From Candidatus Peribacter riflensis (GTDB lineage: Bacteria > Patescibacteriota > Gracilibacteria > Peribacterales > Peribacteraceae), in contig CP013062.1 in the NCBI GenBank assembly GCA_001430755.1, positions 600,001-632,000 of the forward strand: a DNA stretch of 32,000 nucleotides, given 5' to 3'. Shown piece by piece: positions 17,683 through 25,900 of this stretch; within the stretch, counting starts at the first letter, position 1; every line of letters begins with the position of its first letter. Under the pieces are notes generated by a model. The model had not been told where the DNA came from and ran no database searches. It was given only the letters and a program-made list of their open reading frames with translations. A program made the translations under genes and the position numbers.

Positions 17683-18798
17683 CTAGAAGAGGCGGATGAT
17701 GTCATAGAACGTGATGAGGAGGATGAGCAGAATGAGCACCGAGAACCCGAGCGCGTTCGAGTAGGCCTCGAAGCGGCGGTTCAAGGGCCGTCGTGTCACG
17801 GCCTCGACGAGCACGAAGAGAAGCCGCCCGCCATCCAGGGCCGGGAACGGCAGGAAATTCAAAATAGCGAGGCTCAAGCTGATGAGAGCGACCAGACGCA
17901 GGTACGTCATGAAGCCGGCCTGCACCGAGGTGTAGGTGAGCTGGGCGATCCCCACGATGCCCGTGATCCCTTCGGGGACCCTCCCGCTCTGTGCGAGAGA
18001 CGACACGAGCGTCCCGATGCCGAGCATGGTCTGCACGGTCATGATTTTCGCTTCTCGCAGTGCGAGGAGCATCGAGGTGCCCACCGAACGCAACGGGGCC
18101 GAGAGCGAACGCGGGAAGGTGGAGATGACCACACCGGCTTTGCCCTCTTTGAGCGTCACGGTGAACTTCTGTTCCTGCGCCGCCTCCCCTTCCCCGACGA
18201 GCACCGTGTACACCACTCTCCGCTTCTTCTCCTGCATCTTGCTCACCTGCTCGGCGGCAACCACAGACGTTCCGTCGACGGAGAGCAGAATGCTCTCGGC
18301 GGGCACACCCGCCACAGCCGCCGGGCCGCCGCTCAGCACCTGCTCGATGATCACACCGGGTTCCATCGCGATGATGCCGCGGTCGGCATGCGCCTGCATC
18401 TCTTCCATCGTGAAGTAGGTGGGCACCCACCGTCCGAGTGAGAAGCCGAACGTGAGGAGCACGAAGGCGAGTACGAAATTCATGAACACGCCTGCCGACA
18501 GAATCACGATGCGCGCCGTGAAGGAGGCCTGATGAAAACTGCCGGGCCGGTTCCGTTCGTTGGGCATCATCGCCGTCTCGCCCCTCAGACGCACAAACCC
18601 TCCGAAGGGCACCCAGTTGAGCGTGAACTTCGTCCCATGGCGCGTGAAGAGCGTGCGTGCCTTTGGCGGCAAGCCGAAGCCAAATTCCTCCACCGTCACC
18701 CCAGCGCTCCGCGCCGCGATGAAGTGCCCGTACTCATGGATGAGGATGAGCAGGGTCAGCAGGAAGACAAAGGCCACTACTGTGAGAAGCATGGTCAC
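17683..18798 (-). CDS. rseP: site-2 (M50/RseP-type) intramembrane zinc metalloprotease with a PDZ domain
   Basis: HEYGHFIAAR (HExxH) lies in TM1, a central PDZ-like region follows, and the C-terminus carries LNFLPFPALDGG. The start is either GTG at 18798 or ATG at 18792. Confidence 0.9.
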   Translation of the reverse strand: MTMLLTVVAFVFLLTLLILIHEYGHFIAARSAGVTVEEFGFGLPPKARTLFTRHGTKFTLNWVPFGGFVRLRGETAMMPNERNRPGSFHQASFTARIVILSAGVFMNFVLAFVLLTFGFSLGRWVPTYFTMEEMQAHADRGIIAMEPGVIIEQVLSGGPAAVAGVPAESILLSVDGTSVVAAEQVSKMQEKKRRVVYTVLVGEGEAAQEQKFTVTLKEGKAGVVISTFPRSLSAPLRSVGTSMLLALREAKIMTVQTMLGIGTLVSSLAQSGRVPEGITGIVGIAQLTYTSVQAGFMTYLRLVALISLSLAILNFLPFPALDGGRLLFVLVEAVTRRPLNRRFEAYSNALGFSVLILLILLITFYDIIRLF

Positions 18799-18820
18799 AG
18801 GTGGCGCATGCTAGACGCTC

Positions 18821-18846
18821 GGTGGATAACTGAAAAGTTATCCACA
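18821..18846. promoter_or_regulatory. inverted pair of DnaA boxes upstream of rseP-dnaA
   Basis: TTATCCACA at 18838-18846 is a perfect consensus box. GGTGGATAA at 18821-18829 is the complement of TTATCCACC, 8 of 9 positions. The two boxes are separated by 8 nt and lie 23-48 nt upstream of the rseP start. Confidence 0.6.
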
Positions 18847-18908
18847 CCTACTTCGTCTTGCAGTGTGCATCCAACACGTACGGAATGTACGAACGTTGAA
18901 GGAGCCTG

Positions 18909-19685
18909 TCAGTCACCTCGCCGATGATCGTGGGCAACCACCCATCCTTCTACAGAGAAGACGCCTGCTTCTCTGAGGGCACGCGCGCAACTCTCAAGTG
19001 TCGCGCCGGTCGTCGAGAGATCATCGATGAGGACGACATGCGCCGGCGGATGATCCGTTGTGCAGCAAAACGCCCCTTGGACCCCCGTGAGTCGTTCTTC
19101 GCGCGTGCGCTTCATCTGCGATCCGGTCCAACGCCTGCGCTTGAGGAGCGGCAGAACGGTGAGTCCCCGCTCTCTGGCAACGACACGGGCGAGAAGCTCC
19201 GACTGGTTGAATCCGCGCTGGAACCGCCGTGCCCAGTGAAGCGGAACCGGGCAGAGAACAATTTCGCGGGATGGTAACCTACGGTTTCCCTCCCGCGAAC
19301 CCACCCTTCCCTCAAAGGTACGGCTCCAACGCCGGGTCCCGTCAGAGCCACCCAGCGTTTCGCCGTGATTGTTTTTTGTTATCTGAGAAGAATGATCAAT
19401 CTCGGTGAGTGTCTGCACGATGAGTCGACCAAGCTCTTTATCCAACCATCGAACGTGTCCGTACTTGAACGTATGAATCGCCTTCTTTAAGAGCGGTGAA
19501 TCCGCATACGTGCTCGCGGCGACGAGGCGATCCAAAGAGCGGATGCCGCGGCGCTTCAGATCGGCAGCTTCTTCGATGACCGGGTGGGGAATGAGTGTGC
19601 GGCGTTCCTCCTCCGTCATCCACTCCCCTTCCGCTCCCGCAAGAGAACGGCGTGGGAAGAAGAGATCGAGGAAGAGCTGCCACAT
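18909..19685 (-). CDS. comF: ComF-family phosphoribosyltransferase-like protein with a 32-aa repeat-derived insert
   Basis: LCPVPLHWARRFQRGFNQSELLA and the PRTase loop VVLIDDLSTTGATL are present. I prefer the ATG at 19685 (MWQLFLDLFFP) to the track start at 19748. The N-terminus has none of the Cys pairs usual in ComFC. Confidence 0.8.
   Translation of the reverse strand: MWQLFLDLFFPRRSLAGAEGEWMTEEERRTLIPHPVIEEAADLKRRGIRSLDRLVAASTYADSPLLKKAIHTFKYGHVRWLDKELGRLIVQTLTEIDHSSQITKNNHGETLGGSDGTRRWSRTFEGRVGSREGNRRLPSREIVLCPVPLHWARRFQRGFNQSELLARVVARERGLTVLPLLKRRRWTGSQMKRTREERLTGVQGAFCCTTDHPPAHVVLIDDLSTTGATLESCARALREAGVFSVEGWVVAHDHRRGD
19262..19362 (-). repeat. copy B of a ~96-nt structured repeat, inside the comF-like CDS
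   Basis: About three quarters of positions match 27994-28094 in my hand alignment of the reverse complement, with one 1-nt indel. The copy is bounded by CGAAA pentamers exactly 96 nt apart. Confidence 0.85.
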
Positions 19686-19786
19686 GCCAAAAAGTGTACT
19701 CCTCGGTGTGCATGCTGTTGAGAACGGTGAGCAGAGTTGAGGTAGCAAGGATCACAGTCCCGACAGTTTGAAGAAACAGCTGTTGG

Positions 19787-19815
19787 TTGTGTAATAAGTA
19801 CATTTATTGTATAAT
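19787..19815 (+). promoter_or_regulatory. promoter TTGTGT-17 nt-TATAAT giving a leaderless transcript
   Basis: TATAAT lies at 19810-19815 and only 7 nt separate it from the ATG at 19823. The surrounding spacer is AT-rich. Confidence 0.5.
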
Positions 19816-19822
19816 ATTGTGA

Positions 19823-21349
19823 ATGGCAAGCACAGAAGAAATTGGGAATTCTCCCAAAGGCGAAAACAAGGAAACAATGACTGAGAACACCAAAGATCGT
19901 CTGCTCGTTCTCCGGAAAAAAATCGAGGAGGGTGCAGTGCAAAGATGGGAGGCAGTCTTCGAGAATCAGAAAGTACCCGCACTGCATCTTTCTCCACAGG
20001 AGATTCAGGCGTGGTCACGCGTGTACATGTCGAATATGCAAGTGTCGGGACGACTCTGGTCAGTGGAAGACAACGCTATTGGCAAAATAGAGGAAATGAC
20101 TCTCATCAATGTCCGCGGAAAGAACGCGACATTGCTGAGTGCCGAAGTGCTATCCATCGCACGCACATTTGCGGACCGGAAACTTGTCATTCTCTGCAAA
20201 CAGCCTGAAATGGGCATCCAGGCATTTGAGGAAAAAGCTATGCAAGAATTGCTGCAGCAAGGACTGCAAGATACGAAGAACGTCCATTTTCGTTATGCAG
20301 AACATTATCGTGATCATTGGGCGAGAGACAACTTCTTGCGGGTCTATGACTATCGCTACGGGAAGAATGTCTTCGTTCACTCAACCCAAAATGAGCGAGG
20401 AGCATTTGCGAAGGAGTTGGCGGAACAAGATGCCGAACAACGATCAATCCATGAAGAGATCCCCTTCTATTTTGAGGGAGGTGATCTTCGATCAGTTGGC
20501 CCCTATTTGTTCATAGGGAAAGAATCGCTTGAAAAAGCTGGACATGCCCTGAGAGGAAATAAAGTGGATGTGCACCCGAAGCTGGTACCCATGAATATGA
20601 ATCCCGGCGAAGAGGACTTTTATGCACAGAAGAGAACGGAGACATCATCAGAAGATAGGGAGGCGCAAGAAAAAATTCTCCAGAGCCTTGGGGAGCTTTT
20701 TGGACGGAAGGTGGTGACAGTGGGAGAGGGTGACAAGTATGAGCAAGCCCTATTTCACATTGATATGTTCATCACGTTCCTTCCCAACGCGGATCAGAAA
20801 CCGACGGTTGTGGTCGGGGACATCGGTCAAACGATGAGCATTCTCGATCAGCTTTCCGAGAAAGAATGGAATCAAACCCATCAGACAATGCTTGGTTCGC
20901 AAGTGCTGCTCGGGACTGGAAAACAGCACACCATCATCGACTTGTCTCGAAATAAAGAGGACGTCGTCCGCGAGATGAAAACAGAGTCCAGCACAAGACT
21001 CCTTCGAAGAGGGCTCGATGCAGCTGCTGATTGGTTCGCGAATCAAGGATTCTCTGTTGTACGAACACCGACAGTCATTTCACAGAAGCATTCCAGATAC
21101 AGGGCATACAACAATGCGATCGTTGAGGCCTATGTGGATAAAGATGGCAACCTGAAGAGAAAAATATATATTCCTTCTTTTGGCATTTCTCCTCTCGAGC
21201 ACGTCCTTGTTCAGAAATACAATACGTTAGGATATGAAGTGATTCCCGTTCCCAATCTCTCTTCGTCAGCGGAAAACAGAGGTTCTCTCAATTGCCTCAC
21301 CTCAGAGAAACGTTTCCAATTCGACAAAGAGTACCGGGAAGGACAGTGA
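19823..21349 (+). CDS. guanidino-group-modifying enzyme, agmatine deiminase / Porphyromonas-type peptidylarginine deiminase fold, with a ~170-aa N-terminal extension
   Basis: HWARDNF, FYFEGGDL..LFIG, ALFHIDMFITFLP, RAYNNAIVE, IYIPSFG and the C-terminal GSLNCLTSE (catalytic Cys block) appear in the order expected for this superfamily. G+C is visibly lower than in neighbouring genes. Confidence 0.7.
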   Translation: MASTEEIGNSPKGENKETMTENTKDRLLVLRKKIEEGAVQRWEAVFENQKVPALHLSPQEIQAWSRVYMSNMQVSGRLWSVEDNAIGKIEEMTLINVRGKNATLLSAEVLSIARTFADRKLVILCKQPEMGIQAFEEKAMQELLQQGLQDTKNVHFRYAEHYRDHWARDNFLRVYDYRYGKNVFVHSTQNERGAFAKELAEQDAEQRSIHEEIPFYFEGGDLRSVGPYLFIGKESLEKAGHALRGNKVDVHPKLVPMNMNPGEEDFYAQKRTETSSEDREAQEKILQSLGELFGRKVVTVGEGDKYEQALFHIDMFITFLPNADQKPTVVVGDIGQTMSILDQLSEKEWNQTHQTMLGSQVLLGTGKQHTIIDLSRNKEDVVREMKTESSTRLLRRGLDAAADWFANQGFSVVRTPTVISQKHSRYRAYNNAIVEAYVDKDGNLKRKIYIPSFGISPLEHVLVQKYNTLGYEVIPVPNLSSSAENRGSLNCLTSEKRFQFDKEYREGQ

Positions 21350-21382
21350 AGTGTTCGAATGTGCACAGTGTCAGAAACCGAA

Positions 21383-21459
21383 TGGTGGGCAGTACTGGAT
21401 TCGAACCAGTGACCTCCGCGATGTCAACGCGACGCTCTAACCAACTGAGCTAACTGCCC
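21383..21459 (-). tRNA. tRNA-Val, anticodon GAC, CCA encoded
   Basis: Hand-folded cloverleaf: GGGCAGT/ACTGCCC acceptor, GCTC-AGTTGGTTA-GAGC D arm, TCGCG-TTGACAT-CGCGG anticodon arm, ACTGG-TTCGAAT-CCAGT T arm, then ACCA. Confidence 0.93.
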
Positions 21460-21564
21460 GTTTAAAGCCAACGAAGGGTACCAAGAGACCTGCAGGGTCA
21501 CAAGCAAGTCCGATGCAATCTCATCGGGCGGGGCGCACCGCGGGGGGTGTAAGATCCGCCCGAC

Positions 21565-22320
21565 ATGTTCGCCCTGCTCTCACACCAATCTCTTCTCATC
21601 TTCCTCATTGGTTTTGTTGCGAGCTTCTTCGCCACACACACGGGAGGCATCGGACTGGTCATGGTTCCGGCACTCATCCTGTTCGGCCTCTCGCCGCAGC
21701 AGGCTGCCGCCACATTCCGCCTCGCCATCACTGTGGGGGATTTCACGAGTCTGCATCGTCTGGAACGTGCCGGAAAAGTCGTCCGTCCCATGATCGTGCC
21801 CGTACTGTTGCTCGGCATTGCGGGTGCGCTCATCGGCTCCACCGTTCTCCTCTGGACCCCGGGGCCCCTCGCAGAAAAAATCTTCAGCGTCTTCATCCTC
21901 CTCATGGTGGCGGCAACTCTGTTCAAGCCGAACCTCGGACTCAAGCCCGCACACGGGCAGTCAACGTGGAGGAAGACTGCGGGGTACGCTTCGATCTTTG
22001 TTCTGAGCATTGTCAGCACATACTTCAGCGCGGCCACGGGGCTCCTCGGCCGCACCGCTCTCATGGCGTGCTTCGGCCAGACGTTTCTCGAGAGTTCCGC
22101 CACGCGCAAGGTGCAGAGCCTCGGCATGGGAGTGACCTCCACTATCATCTTCATCGCGAGCGGGAGCATGCACTGGACGGCCGCTGCGGTTCTCGTGCCT
22201 GCCGTCACGCTCGGCTCATTCCTCGGCTCCGTGTACGCCATTCGCAAGGGAGAAACATGGGTCCGGCGGCTCTTTCTCATCGTCGTCGCAGCGACGGCGC
22301 TCATCCTCTTCTTGAAATAG
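21565..22320 (+). CDS. TauE/SafE (TSUP, DUF81) family anion exporter-like permease
   Basis: The protein is 251 aa with about 8 TM helices and an N-terminal FLIGFVASFFATHTGGIGLVMVPALILFGL motif typical of the family. The other two long ORFs here are shadow frames. Confidence 0.8.
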   Translation: MFALLSHQSLLIFLIGFVASFFATHTGGIGLVMVPALILFGLSPQQAAATFRLAITVGDFTSLHRLERAGKVVRPMIVPVLLLGIAGALIGSTVLLWTPGPLAEKIFSVFILLMVAATLFKPNLGLKPAHGQSTWRKTAGYASIFVLSIVSTYFSAATGLLGRTALMACFGQTFLESSATRKVQSLGMGVTSTIIFIASGSMHWTAAAVLVPAVTLGSFLGSVYAIRKGETWVRRLFLIVVAATALILFLK

Positions 22321-22447
22321 AAAAAAGTGGCTTCCATAAGCCATAACTGAAAACAGTATGTCGAAATCATCGTTTGAGAAATCTGCAACTTTGCGGCATG
22401 GGCAAAATGCCATTTTTCCGCTAGAATAGAAGGATTTACACACACAT

Positions 22448-22915
22448 ATGACAGACACCCACACCCTCATCAGCTGGACCGCTCCCGAGCGCCCTCCGCA
22501 CAACCGCGGAAAGCGCTGGTACCTGATCGCCGGAGTGATCGCGGCACTCCTCTTCGGCTATGCGCTCTTCACACAGGCCTGGACCTTCGCCCTGGTCATC
22601 GCGCTCCTCGCAGTCACCTACGCCATCATCCATCACAAGCCGCCCCTGTCGCACTCCGTACAGGTGACGGCGCACGGACTTACGTGGGACAAAACGATCA
22701 TTCCCTGGAGTGTACTGAGCGGATTTTGGATGTTGCAGGGGCCCGGGTACATCGAACTCCACATCGAACGAAAAAAGTCTGGAGGCCGGCTCACGGTACA
22801 GACGGGCGATTGTGTTCCGTTGGAAATTGCCGAGACGCTCTCGCAATTCATCCCACTGATTCAGGACCGGAGAGAAAATATACTTGACTACATTATTCGC
22901 ATCTGTAAACTTTGA
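22448..22915 (+). CDS. small membrane protein: N-terminal 2-TM hairpin plus a PH-like soluble domain (guess)
   Basis: LISWTAPERPPHNRGKRWYLIAGVIAALLF.. is followed by a second TM helix and a ~90-aa domain. Its stop TGA at 22913-22915 is 1 nt from the next ATG. Confidence 0.75.
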   Translation: MTDTHTLISWTAPERPPHNRGKRWYLIAGVIAALLFGYALFTQAWTFALVIALLAVTYAIIHHKPPLSHSVQVTAHGLTWDKTIIPWSVLSGFWMLQGPGYIELHIERKKSGGRLTVQTGDCVPLEIAETLSQFIPLIQDRRENILDYIIRICKL

Positions 22916-22916
22916 C

Positions 22917-25900
22917 ATGCTGAGCTTCAACGCCTTCGTTCGCTTTGCTCTCAGCCGCTCTCCCCTCCGGGAGCAGCGCGAACTCCTGTTCAGCGCCAAA
23001 AAGAAAGACCCGACACAGGAAGGGCAGACCGGCCCGCAGGAAACACCCGAAACGGAACGCTCGTTTGATGATGACCGCCTTGTGGAGCGCGAAGCACAGG
23101 AAACCGGTGCACAGATCTCTTCGGTGCTCCGCACGTTAGACAGTCAGGAAATTTTTGACCGCCTGGGCGAAGAACTGAAGAACGGAGAGGCGTTTGACCG
23201 CCTGTTCACCCACGAAGAGTCGACAAAAGGCATTGATCTCTCCTCCATTGCAACGAGATCAGGAATCGCGATTTACATGTCAGAGCGGGATTCCGTCCTG
23301 CCGCAGGGAACCCCGCGCGAAGTGCTCTCCGCCATCATCGACTTCGATACGCAGAAGGGATTCCCCATCGAAGTGAAGCGGACATTCATCGAGATGCTCC
23401 TGCGTGGGGCCCCCCGCATGACCGCCACATTCGCACGGGCAACGGTGACACGCATCAGAGACTACGAAGAGCAACAGGCAGCCATCGAAACCGCACGCAA
23501 GCGCTTCGAGACGGAAGAGATGCTCGGCAAGATCGGCCCGAAAGGCATGGCGGTGGCATCGCGCTTAAGTCTCGGAGAGATCCCGAATATCCAGGCTGCC
23601 GTGAACGAGATCGGAGCGAAGCACCCGCTCAGCATGGATCAGGTCCGCGAGCTCTACACAACACTCGACAACGTGAGTGAGGCGATGCGCAAAGTGAGAG
23701 AATTCGGCAACCGCTACTGGGGCACTGCCGAAGTGCTGCCGCCAGAGAAAGACGAACAACGGCAACTCGAGTACCTGCATCACCTCAAAGAGCAGGCACG
23801 CGATCTCTCGCGGCTGCTCTCGATTCAACTGAGACTGGGCGCACAGGACACGGTGCAACACCTGGAGGAAGGCGCGGCAGAAGCCATGAAGCAACCAAAG
23901 GCGCAAGGCATGGAAGATGCGATTCAGAGGAGCGCGGCGGATCCGGGCATGCGTGCCCTCAGGCTCATCGCAAAGGTGGATGACCCGCAGAACGATCTCG
24001 TGCAGGATCCCAACAATCCGCACTTCACGCAGCTCTCAGATGCATTCCTCCGCGAGTCCGAGCAACACCTGGCTACGCTCGATTCCATTCAGGAAGACAG
24101 CAATCAACTCCTGGCGCGTTGGAAGAGCCCCGAAGGACTGACCGATGAAACCCGCGACCAGAAGGGACGGCATGAATGGGCCGAACGATGCCGCACGATG
24201 GTGCAGACCATCCTGACGGACCCTGCGCTCAGCGCTAAAACGAAGCAACACCTTGAACAATTCAACGAGCAATTGCAGGATCCCGCCGCCCTCTCCGCCT
24301 TCAGCGAGAAGGAAATGGTGCGGGAAGAGTACGGCGCAAAAATTCTGCTCGAGCAGGGAGAAGCCGCGTTCACCGAAGCGAAACAGGAAGGCACGGACAC
24401 GCTGCACACCGTGATGAGCGAACTCACGGATACAGACACCCTCGCGTGGATCGATGCAAAAAAGAAGGAGGCAAAGACTCTGGAAGACGAACTCTCCGCC
24501 CTGCTCACACACCCCGTATGCCCGGCACTGGGCATCGTAGGACTCGTGCAGTCCTACTCCCGCGATCTGCAGGGTGAGCTCACGTTCCTTGCAGAAACCA
24601 GAATCCCGGATGCGCAGAAGAAGGAGATGTGCGAACGGATCGGCGTGCAACTGCAACACTGGCAACAGGCATACACGCTCGTCCGCAAGCTCGAACAGGC
24701 GACTGCCCATGTGCCGCCGGAGGGAAACGAATGCATCCGCGTCCTCCCGCGGGAGGAATACCTCGAAAAATTCGGCGTCGAGACATCCCGTGCATGCTAC
24801 TTCCGCGGATTCATCTACATGCGCGGAGATGTGCCGGAGGACGAGCGGCCCGCACTCATCGAACATGAGAAAGGACACTTCCTCATTGCGATTCTCAGCG
24901 ATCAATCACACCTCTTCCCCGACCTCCTGGAACGGTCTTTCGGCGAACCGACACCCGAACACTGGACCCTGCTCGAGTCGAAGGCGAAGGGATGGGGAAT
25001 CAGCAAAGAAGATATCCGCACCCAGTACCGGAGGGAGAATCCGACTCTTCCCGAAGCACTGTTGAATGCGCGCGTGGAGGCCCGCTACCGGCGTGCACTT
25101 CTGGAAGAGGCGACGGTGCGCGGGGCACTCGCTCCGGAAGGGCACGGGGATCGGCAATGCTTCGAAGGCCTGAAGAAAGAAGAGCTCGTGCAATTTGAGA
25201 GCGCCACGCCACTCCACTCTACGGACGATGAAGCGTTCCCCGTCGATGCGGAGGCGATGCAGCAGGCTCCCGCTGACACCAATTCCTACAACGCGCACGA
25301 GGATCTGGAAGCCATTGACCGCATGGTCAACGGCATCAAGACATTCGGCAATGCCTACGGCACACGTGATCCGCGCGGGACGAGCCGTCACTTCGACCCG
25401 CGCATAAAGCAGCAGGCCGATGCGATCGTGGATGGCGACGGGGGGTACCAGGATATCCTCGACGAACTCAAATTCATCCACACGAACGGCCAAACGCGCG
25501 CCGGGGAATCGGTGGATCCGCAGTACAACACGAAGTACCGGGAAACGGTTCTCAGATTCAAAGAGCACGTCAAGCAAACCCATGACCAGGTGGACGCAAT
25601 AGAAAAGTATTTCGCCGAGATCGCAAAGGAGCCCATGTCGAAGAAGAAGACGATCTCAGAGAAACTGGGCATCCAGTGGCTCTGCATCCTCGACATCATG
25701 CGCATGTACAAAGAGTTCGTGGAGGATATCGAAGGCATGTGGCACTCCATGCAGGACCAGAAAACCGCCGACGCCAAAGCGGCATTGACGAAAAATCTGC
25801 CCGTCTACATCCCCGGCACCAAAATCAAGATCCCCATCATCGGCAAGTACACCGAACGCCTGCCGCACTACACGGAACGCGCGCGGAACAGCAAAGAGCT

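Noticed and set aside
19262-19362. The two ~96-nt repeat copies considered as the template and variable repeats of a diversity-generating retroelement
   Set aside because: The mismatches are not adenine-specific, they fall in compensatory pairs, and no reverse transcriptase gene is present in the window.
19686-19822. AT-rich divergent spacer between the comF-like gene and the plus-strand block, considered as oriC
   Set aside because: It contains no DnaA-box-like 9-mers, and promoter elements are a sufficient explanation.
21133-21141. Perfect DnaA box TGTGGATAA inside the deiminase-like CDS
   Set aside because: It is a single isolated 9-mer within a coding region, consistent with chance occurrence in 64 kb of two-strand sequence.
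22384-22417. Hairpin ATGG(G)CA-aaa-TGCCAT followed by TTTTT, considered as the terminator of the TauE-like gene
   Set aside because: The stem is only 6 bp with a bulge. It is plausible but too weak to list as a feature.
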